From contig JAUFOQ010000013.1 of NCBI GenBank assembly GCA_040285855.1, positions 434,001-498,000 of the forward strand: a stretch of DNA of 64,000 nt, read 5' to 3'. The position numbers were made by a program, and so were the translations under genes. The notes beneath the pieces are model-generated. The model had not been told where the DNA came from. It did no database searches and worked only from the letters and a program-made list of their open reading frames with translations. Below are positions 25,261-36,930 of this stretch, in pieces (the first letter of the stretch is position 1; each line of letters starts with the position of its first letter). The DNA is from Eukaryota sp. GEM-RC1. Lineage: Eukaryota.

Positions 25261-26774
25261 AATGCATGAATCAATCACAAAAACGGCGCTGTTCAAGAAT
25301 TGTAATCGGTAATACAAACTACTTTTGTTAACGGAAGTAAATGTATTGACACGAACTGAATCAAATCAATAATTAATATCGTCAAAACCCAAATTCACTA
25401 TAGAAAATAGGAACGATGACGATCGAAGTAAATCTATATTTCTAATGATGGCTTCCCATCAACGATTAAAATCAGCAATTGATTTTGTCAAAATGAACAA
25501 CCCAAATTGCATGTCTCTTTTGTTACAGACTTTGAGAAATGGTTTAAAACTTCAGGAATTGTTGAATCTTTGTCCGGAGTTTTCAGTGCTCTCATGGATA
25601 AACGTAAACACCAATTCAGAAGTCTATATTTGAATCAATTATATTTCAAAGATTAGTAATGATTCACATCCCCAAAGTCGAAATATACCTTAAAGACTAC
25701 TTCTAAATTGATGATCTTTGACTAACCGGATTAAGTTCTGTTGTACCGAAATGATGAACAATTAAATGAATGGGAAGAAGCAAGGATAATGTCCATTAGT
25801 GGATTTATAAGATTGAAAACTGATTCAATTTCTTCAATTTGATGATTGCTTTCATACTAAAGACGTATATTACAAACTTGCTGAGCATTTCTTCTGTATA
25901 CAACAGAAATTTGAAAATTTTACCTCATTGGATTAGATCAAATTATGTGTTTACCCACGAGCACTGTATTAAAATACTTCAATAATGACATCAAAACTGT
26001 CAACCACTGGATTTGCATTACTTCACCTTTAAAAAATGTTCGATTGGTTGACTATATACTTCAAGATAGACATCATAATATTCCTAGATTACAGTACAAC
26101 TTATTCATCACTGACAATTCTTATTCGATTACGTAGTCTATAAGTGTTCAATGACGGATCTTTCTAAGTTGGGCATTATGTGATGTGTCATCAGTTCAAT
26201 GCAAATATTGACAGAAAGTACGATGAAAAGATGTAAGCTAATTGTCGGGGATAGGAAGAATGTAAAGATACCAGTAGATAATGGGCCGAGAGTTATCCAA
26301 AACTGAAGAGACTTAACGAATGGTGTATCGGAGATGAACTGGCTTCTGTATTTAAAGGGGACAATCTCGAACTATCAGATACTGATTGATGTTTTGAAGT
26401 GACCTGAAGTGACCTGACGTTGGAATAATGGATCTTGGTTCAATAAGTTTCTGTTAGAAACAATTTTACATCGTTTTTTGTTTTGCGTTTTTGTTGAGTT
26501 CCCATGATAGAACATGTTATACTGGTATAAAAGAGTCATTTACAGTGCTCAGAAGGCAAACTAAACAAGTTTGAGATCTGTCACTTTACCTGTTCAAAAC
26601 TTTAAAGTAAAGTAAAATAAAGTAAAGTAAAGTCACTTTAGCACGTTACTACTTTAGTGAAGCCTGGCTACATGTAATGAACAGAAATTAATTTATAAAT
26701 GAACTTACTGGAGTTCCAAAAGATTCCCTGTTCAACTGCGAAAATTGTACTAAATTTCCATTTCTTTCGACACC

Positions 26775-27336
26775 ATGGATAATGTAACAGGTGCTGAACA
26801 GGTGGACTCAGAAACCAAAACCAAGAATCCGTACGTGTACATGGCTATTCTGTTGGCTGCTCCTCTGCTTGCGTTATTCGTCCTAACCGTGAATAATAGA
26901 GCGACCTGGTGGTCATTTGTCATCTCATTATTCCCAATTGTTTCGGAAATTACAATTGGCGTAAATATTGCTAGTAAGAACTTTCAGCATGCTCCAATGA
27001 AGACTATCATCACGCTTCTTCTTTGCAAGTTTGGGTCCTGGCTAATATGGCTGGTCAGCATTCTCCAATTTCAAATGCGTTATCGCAATGCCACAATTAC
27101 TAACATGGATATCTATGAAATCTTACATGTTGTTTCCCTTTTTTTTACGGACGCTTGCCTTAATCTTGAGTTGGCGTGCTCTGAATGGTGAAGATACAGT
27201 TACTAAACTAAAGACTGTGGTTGGACTGGTATCTGACTGTTTTCAGTGGGGGACTGGTGGAGGTGCTGCCATTGCATTTCTGCGGTTTGCTAGTTTATAT
27301 CTATTTTCAACGAATGCCGACTCTGATGAGCTGTGA
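26775..27336 (+). CDS. Small multi-pass membrane protein, copy 2
   Basis: ORFs 26775 and 27088 join at the T-run near 27140; tandem duplicate with shared flanks. Confidence 0.65.
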
Positions 27337-27719
27337 ACACCGAAATCAATTAGAAAGTTGATATGTTCAAGAATTGTAATTGTGGATATAAATTACTTTT
27401 GTTAACGGAAGTGCAAGCAAAAAACGAACTCAAACCCAAAATCATCATGCTCAAAATTCAGATCCACTGTAGAATCATTGGAAAGTTCGGAGTAGTACTA
27501 TTTTCCTACTGATTGCTTTGTGATTATAATGAATTTTATACACGAGGAAACTTGCCCTCAACGATCAAGAACACCCAGTGGTGTTTACCAAAATGGACGT
27601 TCAAATATTACGTCTACTTCGAAACTGTGATAAACACTGGAAAACTGCTGGAACATAAATCTTGAGATCAAAATAATGAAAGACTTAGAAATAGATTGAC
27701 AAGACATTTTAATAATTTA

Positions 27720-27794
27720 CAGTCTACCCTCGATATAGTGCCGCCCTATTGGCAGACCTTATCTCGAGGGTGGCACTATATCGAGCGTAGACTG
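27720..27794. mobile_element. 75-bp pogo/Tigger-like mini-MITE
   Basis: TIR CAGTCTAC(C/G)CTCGATATAGTGCC, TA on both sides. Confidence 0.85.
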
Positions 27795-28134
27795 TAATTG
27801 AGTTTTTCCAGCGTTTCTTATTTACCTAAATTTGGAAAGTAGATCAATAGTAGATCTAGTTCTTAATGATATTATTGTACTTAGTGGTTTTCAGTGTAAT
27901 CATAACCGTTGACACCAATTCAGAAATCTATATTTGAATCAATTTTATTTCAAAGAGCAAAACAATAGAAATGATTCACATCCCCCAAAGTCGAAAGCTA
28001 CTTTAAAGATTACTTCTAAACTATCTTCAAGAACCCTGTCAAATTCGATTAAGTTTTGTTATAACGAAATGATGAAGAATTAAACAAAAGGGAAGAAGCA
28101 AGGATAAGGGGCCATTTGAGGATTAAATTTAAAT

Positions 28135-28440
28135 ATGAATTGTAACATGAAGACAAGGAAATTCTTCGATACATGGATTGTTTTGAAAAGTTATACTGTC
28201 AAAGACACAATGCTTTGGTTTTTCTACCTTTTGCAATTTTGTTATATGGAAATTTAGGTACTGTAGCTAATAACTTCTTATGTTCGTTTAAGGATTTGTG
28301 TAATGATTTCGGTAAAATGTTCAACAGTGGTTGTTGAAGAGATCGTCTAGTATTAGCCTTAATTCGTTCTATGAACAATTACTTTGATGATATCTTGAAG
28401 AGTTTGTTTGGTGGTGGAGAAGGTTGTGTGATCGGGTAGG
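28135..28440 (+). mobile_element. CRE-like retrotransposon 3' relic
   Basis: FLPFAILLYGNLG..FKDLCNDFGK..SLFGG aligns with the end of 2356..3297. Confidence 0.75.
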
Positions 28441-28585
28441 TTTATCTGTCTATACTATTTTGTATAGTGCAAGCTTATAGAGTAAAGCACGTTTTTCTTT
28501 ATTTTAATATGAAAAACTGGTTTAATTTCTTCAACCTTCTTAGTTTCTATCTAGTAACTTAAAAACAAATTGTTTTAAGAAAAAC

Positions 28586-30735
28586 TTACAAGTCTTTATT
28601 TGTGGGATTTCGAAGCCGAGTTTGGTTGATAAAATTAAGAACTGTCTTGAAATAACTAACAACAACATCATCTGAATTAGTACCCGTTTTGTAGGTAGTC
28701 AGAAATTGTGAAAATAAAGGGCACCCGAGCCGGTAATCAGAAGCACGAATATTCCTGGTAATTCCACGCCCAGTCTTGTGAGCTGTTCCATAAGTAAGAA
28801 TACGCTGAATTCCAGGTATCAACAAATCTCTGAAATCAATCACGGATGAGGGACGATCATCTCGACCCTCAAAGATCATATCCATCAAATTACTATTCAT
28901 GAATATTTCAATCAACCTCGCTTGATCAACTCTAACATTTTTAACTGGCGGAAGAACGTCTGGACGATTGACATCATATGAATCATCATGACATATTGTA
29001 GATAAGAAATTTGTTAGATTTTTGATCATAGTAAATCTTGTTTGTTGTGATGTATTTCTTGTGTGAACTCGTGGGGTACCAGTAGAGGTACAAGCAGCAC
29101 AACAGTAACATAGTTTGGCCTTCGTGACCTTTAATTCCATTGAATTCTTTCCTTTGACCTGGGCTACTTCACCAACCGATTGTTGACGTGACAGTTGTTT
29201 TGCTTTTGGCGGTTGATTTGTTTTTGGTTCTTTTTTAGGGGTGGTAGAAAGGCATGCAGTCTCGGTTTTGTCAATAATAAATACAAATATCCTAGAAAAT
29301 GCTTTCAATGTCGACCGCAAACACCTTCCTAAAAAAGAACAACACACTTTTAGATAATTTAAAAAACACCTTCAATGTAAACCGCAAAAACCTTCCTAAA
29401 AAGAACAAAATAATTTTAAATAATTTAAAAACCCCTTTCAATGTCGACCAAGAACACCAACATAATAACATAACCACCCACTTTAAGAACCTAACAACTA
29501 AGGAAGAAGAAGTTCTGGACGAACTAGCAACAAGTTCATCATCAATGTGAGTTACTTGTTTGTTTGTTTTACTTTTAAAAGAAGGCTTGGCAGAATTGAT
29601 GAATCCTTTTGTGGAAAATTGTTCTTTAATAAACTCACTCATGTTCTTGAATATTTTAATTTTTGAAAAATCATCGGTTTTGGCGGCGAGTATAAATGAA
29701 CTATTAAATGACAACTTTTTGATTGCATCTACTTTTTCTGAATCAAAATTAACATGACCAGACAACAAATTAGCTGCCAATGTAAAGAAATACAAGGGAT
29801 AAGTTTCAACATTCCCAAGCGCAATCATATTCTTAAGCACGTCAACTTGAGCTCTTTCCCCAAGAGATTGAACAGCGTTAATCAGATATGATAGACATGA
29901 CGTGATTATGATTTGTGGAGCAGAGAAGGAAATAACAGACAAGATTTCTGCATTGGAAGCATCAGATAGAATTACAAAGAGAAGACGTGCAAAGAGAGGA
30001 ATGTATTCAGAAAGAAGATCAAAAGGAGTAAGTGCTTTAGATTCAGCCAAAAGTATGGCATCAGTATCATGAAGATCACAACAGTAAGGATGAGTCAAGG
30101 CAATACAGAAAACGGAGATTGTGGTTTCAAACAACTGGTTTTCAAGATCATTAGTTGGATTAATTGGAGTGAAATCATGAACTTTGAAGACAGGAATGAC
30201 CCCAGACAAAGTATTAATGGATGAATCGTTTCCGATAGATGTTTTACGTGAAAGAACCTTTCTTGTAAATCTAAAGTAAGGAGCTATATCGAATGAATCT
30301 GTGAGAGAGATGCTGAATTGCTGCTGCAGTTTTTCGAAGTGGTTGATCTCCCCGTTGAATACTTTGGTGATGTTTGGTTGTAGTAGAATAGAACGCAGGG
30401 ATTCAGGGATCTTACATCCAGAGATATTGATAACTAGCACCACAGAAGTTGTAGATAACAGTAGAGTGTTGATACCATCAGTTCCACAAGCAGCAAGGGA
30501 AATGAAGGGATAATCACGAGAAATACTGTTTCTCAAACTGGTGATACATTGAGAAACGCGAGTAGAAGCGTCTTGCAGAGAAATAACGTAAACCGAAACT
30601 AGTGGAAGTTCACGAACCAATTGCAGGCTATGCGATGACCAAACTTCTTCCACAGAAGAAGTATGCATATCTATGTAGTCATCACTATCGGAATCAGATT
30701 CATCGTAGAACTGGGATGAGTCTTTATATTGTCAT
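28586..30735 (-). CDS. Degenerate 3'-5' exonuclease-like family protein, copy with internal in-frame deletion
   Basis: Collinear with 18652..21000; about 56 codons missing between CIALT and HPYCC; frameshift near 29335. Confidence 0.7.
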
Positions 30736-31092
30736 TCCATTTAGAATCGAAATTTTAAAATAAATTTTTGATTCTTACAAACACTTTTACACAGAATTCC
30801 TTTTTCTAGTGACGATCTACAACAACTTTTGGTAGCAGTTTAAATTTGCTCTCGTTCAGTACCTACCTTCACAGAAAGTCTACACTTGAGCCTTCAAACT
30901 GTAGTTGTACTTTTAGAATCTGTGACGGATTCTATTCATCAAATTTCTGAATGTGGTTCACAAGCAGAGGTAGAACACTTTCCTGTAAAGGTGTAATTCT
31001 AACACTTGTGTATTCGAGTAGTTTTGAGAAAATCCTCAGCCTCTACTTATTCTGCTTCAATCAAATTCGATATCTCATCAAAGATATGTCAA

Positions 31093-32250
31093 ATGGCCAA
31101 GAAACGATCTCACTTCAACCTTGTATGTGAATTCTTATCATCACATATATCTGAATCCACTCGAGTCATTGCTCTACAACTACTACTGCTTGTTATTGGT
31201 GTTCTAGGATGTGCTCTGTCAGTATCTGCAGTTGCTTTCCCAAATAAGTTGATCAACTTTGCTGGATTTTGGACTCTAAGCTTAATCTTTCTTCTTCTCA
31301 AGCCTTACTATCCCTACATTGATCGATTATTGTTCGGACAACATGCTCCTGCAAAATATGTTTCTTATTCTGCGTTTGGCCTAATACTACTGTCAACACC
31401 CTTCTATTTGATAATGTTCTGTCACTTACATCTCTATCTTCTCACCTTGCCCCCTTCCTTAGCCTTGTTTCCAGATAGAAGACCTCGATTCTTTTTATTG
31501 CATTTCAAACAGTCCTTCTATCTGCGAGATCTATTCTGATGTCGATTGGAACGTGTCCTATCAACCTGTTCTAACATTAGCGTTCTTCTTTCTTATTCTC
31601 ATGTCTGCTTTCTTTCTTGTTCCAGTATATCTTGCTGTCTTTGGTTCTCTTTTCCATTCCTTACACATGATGACGTCACATGATTTCTTTACAGAAGAAG
31701 ATCACTACTCTACAAAGAACCTCTTCATTTTCCCTTTTGTATCACATCCCCCACACATCGTCTTCTCTCTATCAATCGCTTCATATCTACTCCTGACTTT
31801 ACACATGTCAATCATTGGATCTGCTATTTCACGTCATATCGCATCATCATTGATCCTCTTGATTAGTGTATTTGTTTGTTGGAAGTTGATCACGTGGAAA
31901 AAGCGACTTGTTACTTTTGAGGCAGTGTACAAGATATATTTGGTCTATTATGTTTCAATGCTTGGCGCCTCCTTGTTTTTTATTTCAGAATATATTGGTC
32001 GATTTATTCTATTTCTTGTTAATTTACAGTTTAGTTATTGTTGGAAGGACTTGTGTCATTTTTCTTTTGAAGAATATTCCTTTTTTATAATATTCTTACT
32101 TTAATTATTGCATTAGCAACTTTGTTTTGTTTATTTGTATTCTTCTTACTGCAATCTCAAATATTTAAATTTATTGCCAAGTGTGTGTCAGATTACATGG
32201 TTTTTGTTGACAATCAATCAGATGACACTTCAACACCGACGTATGCATAA
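31093..32250 (+). CDS. Uncharacterised polytopic membrane protein (frameshifted)
   Basis: Consecutive hydrophobic ORFs 31006 and 31553 plus tail; about 10 TM-like segments; no family recognised. Confidence 0.55.
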
Positions 32251-32857
32251 TCCGAATTGGCTTGTTTTGATGTTGATACGAAAATAAAATACTGAAAATG
32301 TTTCAAAATATAATTTTGTAAGTTATTTGTATGTACTTTTTTATATCGATAAATATTTTACATTCATCATATATGATGTTTTTGTTTTTAATTAAACCTC
32401 CTTTTAGGGTTGCTGATCTATTTATATAACACTTTTTGTTTCTAGATTTGAGATGTCACCACGTGATTGTAACCCAAACTGATCATTGGATTAAGATTCG
32501 TCAATTGGAAAAGACTGGCCTGCACAATAACAATTATGTATGACAATCACCCCATCCTTATAACTGTAGTAGCAAAATGAACTTTTAGCGCGACATCACG
32601 TGTTTTCAATCACCAATTGTTCAGTACTAAGGCTAGTTCATAGATCGATAGTTGAAATACTGTTAGTTGGCATACGAAGAAAATGTACATATTCCCGAAA
32701 ATCAGGCATTCCTTCCTATTGGTTCGCAATTGAGGATTACAGTGTCAATAAATGCACATGTTAAAGTTAAATTATAAATCAAAATCAATTTATTGTTTAT
32801 TCTGATATATTCATCCAGGCTAAAGAGCATTGGGAGTTGGAATAAGTTCAGCAGAAC

Positions 32858-33667
32858 TCACTTCCAATGTTTCTCCTTAAAGCAAATTGCCTTCAAGTAC
32901 CTTAGAATAGGGGTAACAGCTTGTCTAACGGCATCAGCATTTGGTCCTAAAAGACCAGGCTTCCACTGCCGTACATCTGCACTGTTACTTGCAGTTCTTT
33001 TGGTTTGTAGCTAATCCTTAGGAACTGGCCTACATCATAGTCACTACTAGGATTAGTTAGCAGAATTCGATCAAGATTGATGTTTCTACCCAGCTTCGCT
33101 GAAGCCATGGTTTGGTAGACTCTGAAGCCCGAAGGTTGAGCGCTACAAGGGACATTGAGCCGTCTGAGCAACTTCACCACCCGTCTCATGGCAGCTATGC
33201 AGTCAGCTTCGCTCAGAGCTCCCACAATGTTCACCTTTCCTGAGTTAGAGATTTTAGCCATAACTTGTGGTCGGCTAAGCTTCACATCAAGGCAGGAGAA
33301 TCTTGGGTTAAGTGTGGCGTTGTTCAAGCCAAAAGCCAACTCCCTGAGATCAACAGCACACCTCAAGTTGAAGCAAGCAGCGACGTTGTGGATCTTGAGT
33401 TCAGCCTCAATGAACAGCTCCAGATCAGACTTTTCTTCCTCAAACATACCTGACACCACATCGGAACCAAACTCTTCATTTAACAAAGAAGCAAAACTTT
33501 GGATTCTGGAAGTCATAAGCGAGACCTCCAAGTAGATTTAAATTTGACAGTCTCTCTTTTGAACTTTTGGCACGCAGAATCTGAAGGATATATTCCACCT
33601 CATTTAAGCTTCTGTTGATGTTTTCATCCGCTAACAGTGACGATTTAACTGGAAAGGGATTAGTCAT
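32858..33667 (-). CDS. TBP-like (TBP-related factor) protein
   Basis: Two TBP-fold repeats (IHNVAAC..ISNSGKVNIVGA; VYQTMASA..MYGSGSLVF); adding one T near 32950 gives LGPNADAVRQAV..; N-terminus in ORF 33476..33667. Confidence 0.8.
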
Positions 33668-34252
33668 GGTTTTTCACAAGAATTATGATACCGCGTTCGG
33701 AACGAGTATACGATCTAGGTGGCTAGACAATATGAGGTAAACAAACCTACAATATTACATTTGTTAGTCCAATTGAATATTGGCAATCCGATTCTGTAAA
33801 CTCTCATCGTCCTCAATTACACTGGTTCTTGTCTAACAGTTGAAACTGTTCTTCAGTCACTTGGAAATGAATGTTTCCTAAATTCAACAGTGATAAATTC
33901 GCGAAACAGCTTATCAGAGACATATCTAACTACCAGAACATGCATCCTCTTTTGAAACCATCATACTAATACAAAACCGCCACACATTCATCAACATTCT
34001 TTCCAGATTATTGAGACCAATCTGAACTCTTTGATCTTCATTCCAGTCGACACATTTGACACAAGTTGACCAAATGATTATCGCTCAATCCTTATGACCG
34101 TATTAACATTTAGAATGTTAAGTGGGATCCGTGTTTTCAATCACTGAGTAATCATTATTAAGACTGGTGCATATACCATTGATAATCGGAGTACTGTACA
34201 TATACTGTCAGTCCCCATAGATATTTTTACAACTACTTAATTTTGGAAGAAT

Positions 34253-34341
34253 AATTGAGGCTCATTTACTGGCCAATCATTTTACTATCACAATTTGCGA
34301 TTGCTGGAAATAGTTGTGGCCAGTAAATGATTCCCTCAATT
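34253..34341. repeat. Inverted repeat / small MITE-like hairpin
   Basis: AATTGAGG..TCATTTACTGGCCA / TGGCCAGTAAATGA..CCTCAATT. Confidence 0.6.
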
Positions 34342-34354
34342 TAAATAAGTTTGA

Positions 34355-34460
34355 AAATCGCGATGTTGATATCCTGAGCGATGTTTAATGGTAGAACTTA
34401 TGACGGTGGTAACTGTTAGAATTTCACATTAGACCATCATGTTTTAAAATAGTAATAAGT
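34355..34460 (+). repeat. Dispersed repeat, similar to about 2084..2188
   Basis: Shared TTGATATCCT..TTATGACG.TGGTAACT..AAAATAGTAATAAGT. Confidence 0.75.
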
Positions 34461-34481
34461 CAATGTTTCGACCCAGATTCG

Positions 34482-34540
34482 ATGTAGCCATCGCTTGGTA
34501 GACTCTGAAGCCTGAAGGTTGATCACAAGGAACATTCAAT
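34482..34540 (-). pseudogene. Third short TBP-like gene fragment
   Basis: TGGTAGACTCTGAAGCCTGAAGGTTGA matches the QPSGFRVYQ-coding region of both paralogs. Confidence 0.7.
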
Positions 34541-34868
34541 GCAGGAACGAATGCAGGATCAGGGTGGCTTGAAGACATGAAGTAAGAAATCTACCATTTT
34601 TGCATTTTCTCAAATAATGTCACTTGATTTTCTTGAATCAAGACTTTTCTCAATGAGCAACTTTTATAAAATATCACTCAGGAAAATAGTCATGAATCGT
34701 AGGGGACTTGCAGCCGGAAAACATAGATTGAAAGATACTGCAAAATGTTGTGACATTGTTACATTTTATCTTTAATTGCTTAAATGTCAATTTCATTGAC
34801 ATTAATTTGGAAATGGCATTGATTCTAAAGTCCAAGATGTCTGGCACATAAAAGACACTTGTAAAAAT

Positions 34869-34951
34869 TCGGACCTCTGGGAATTGAACCCAGGACATTT
34901 CGATTACTACAAATCTACAGTCGAATGCTCTACCAACTGAGCTAAGATCCG
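34869..34951 (-). tRNA. tRNA-Tyr(GTA) with 10-nt intron at 37/38
   Basis: Acceptor CGGATCT/AGGTCCG, A73; D arm GCTC-AGTTGGTA-GAGC; anticodon TTCGA-CTGTAG[ATTTGTAGTA]A-TCGAA; T arm CTGGG-TTCAATT-CCCAG; T5 terminator. Confidence 0.95.
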
Positions 34952-35581
34952 TATGTTATTCAATTCAACGAATGTTGCCACATTGAGAAGGCTTCATTAA
35001 ATGAAGATAAATTTACAACATAAGTCTTGACAAACGTAACGACATTAAGCAAGATGGATAGTTTTTCAACGTTTGTGACAAAACAATAATAGTCTAAGCT
35101 AATGATCAACACAGAGGAGTGAATAGCCAATTGTTTTGGAATATGACTACCGTATTTTGCCAAACCTACCTCTATTGTCCAGCTATAGGCCTATTTATAT
35201 GATGAACTTCATTACAGTGGGGCTGTTGCTGTGATTACAAATAGAGAATGTCATCGTAATTAAAAAAGGCTCAAAAATAAAAATTACAATGTATTAATAG
35301 TCTATTTTTGTATTTTCAGTACATTTTTGTATTTTTTTTTACATAAAGTGGTTGGCTATCGTTCTTTGTCACTCTGAAGGTGATGGCCAAACATACGAAA
35401 GTTTTTGAACTATTCAACTGCGTGTGTTGAAGTTTTACTGTGTTTTAGTAAACCAAATGTTATTACTTCTATTTTTGTATTTTCGAGCGTATTATCATAA
35501 CACGTGTTGCTTGTATTTGACAGCTATGGTCCAAAGTCCGTGATTTCATTACAAACTTCTTAATTAAATAGTAGTTTATAA

Positions 35582-35637
35582 ACCCTAATCAGAATATTCC
35601 TCAGCATCTGTTTCCAAAACACTCGTCACACTAGGAT
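35582..35637 (-). promoter_or_regulatory. Eukaryotic SECIS element (type II, GUGA core)
   Basis: ATCCTA..GTGAC-GAGTGTTTT-GG-AAA-CAG-ATG-CTG-A-GGAATATTC-TGAT-TAGGGT, about 80 nt after the SPS stop. Confidence 0.85.
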
Positions 35638-35717
35638 AAAACCACATAAAACAATCCAAAAACAAAATTTCCCAATAAAAACAATCAATTAATAACTTCC
35701 CACGGTTATCAATCAAT

Positions 35718-36893
35718 CTAAACTTCAATAACTTCTACATCATCACTCAACCGCGCTCTTTTCTTTCCCTTCACTATCCTTCCTACTACTTCTCCAAACT
35801 CACCACGTTCCTTCAACTCTTTCACTACATGGCCAGCATCCTCTTCTCTTACAGCAAACAACAGCCCTCCGCTAGTCTCAGGTGAGGTACCAGCAGATAA
35901 ACCAAAGTCTATAACATTGTTAACTAAAACGGCACCAGAATGACAGTATAATTTGTCGATAACAAAGTCCACATCGACAGAAGAGAGTTCAGCTAAGTTA
36001 TTAGCATGGCCAATGAGTCCGAATCCAGTGATATCAGAGCAGCAACTACCGTGGTATTTTACCATAACTTCAGCTGCAACGTTGTTCATTCGTGCCATGA
36101 AGCTGTTCGCCACGTCACGACTCCTGGCAATATTCTTTGCAAATTCTTCTTCACCATAGACTTCACAGAGTTTAGACCAAGACTTGAGAGCATGTTGTGA
36201 GACATTTTCATAGCCTTTTCTACTTAATGCCACGTGTTCAAGCCACTGAGCTACATTGCTAATAACTTGAGTACCCAAAGGCTTGGTTTGTATGAGGACA
36301 TCACCAAGACGAGCTCCTGTAGGTTTAACGAGAGTAGAGTCAAGAGTAACAGACATGACAGTACCTCCAATGAGAAACTCTGGGTTGAGGACGGTTTGAC
36401 CACCAGAGACTTTGCAACCTAATTTGGCACATGCGGAGGCGAAACCTTTCATCATTAGAGAGGTAGCGGTGGTTCGTTCATGGTCAGTACATTCTGTTGA
36501 GGCTCCAACTATCATCAGAGCATTGAGGGGTTGAGCACCAACAGCGAAGAGATCACTGAGGACATTGGCAGCGGCGATACGACCTTGTTGTTCGGGGTCG
36601 CAGACAGAGGGGGTGAAGAAATCGGTGGAGGATACTAGAGAGTATCCAGGAATGGGAGAAGGGACGATCGATGAGTCAAGGTCATCTTTTGAGAGGGATA
36701 AGGAGTGGGAAATTTCATTGATGTATTGGGTAAGTTCGTTTTTTGGGACTAAAGTAAGGAAAGAGAGAGAAAACCAACCTTTACAGCCTCACCCTTTACG
36801 TTGGGCAAAGGATGTAAGCAAAAAGTTTTCAGGTAATCCTAAAGTGGTGGGCTGGAACTCCCGGAAAGGAGTGAGATCCAATGGTTGTGTCAT
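35718..36893 (-). CDS. SPS2: Selenophosphate synthetase 2 (selenoprotein); Sec UGA at 36789..36791; intron 36749..36778
   Basis: KG-U-GCKVP after splicing; STDFFTP, GRIAAANVLSDL, GGQTVLNP, DITGFGLIGH, PETSGGLL. Confidence 0.95.
36749..36778 (-). other. 30-nt GT-AG spliceosomal intron
   Basis: GTTGGTTTTCTCTCTCTTTCCTTACTTTAG; removal restores the conserved CKVP. Confidence 0.85.
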
Positions 36894-36930
36894 TTTGCAG
36901 AAAGAATTTTGGAAATCTCACCAACAGCCA

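Noticed and set aside
26580..26666. AAAGT repeats ending in GTGAAGCCTG as a complete hAT element
   Set aside because: Only one end seen; no partner TIR or TSD found
36789..36791. UGA as general codon reassignment (Trp/Cys)
   Set aside because: TGA terminates other genes here (e.g. 17934, 48751) and Trp is TGG; position and SECIS fit Sec
36565..36930. N-terminal 122 aa of ORF 36565..37833 as a real overlapping gene
   Set aside because: It is the antisense shadow of SPS2; the peptidase plausibly starts at ATG 36931
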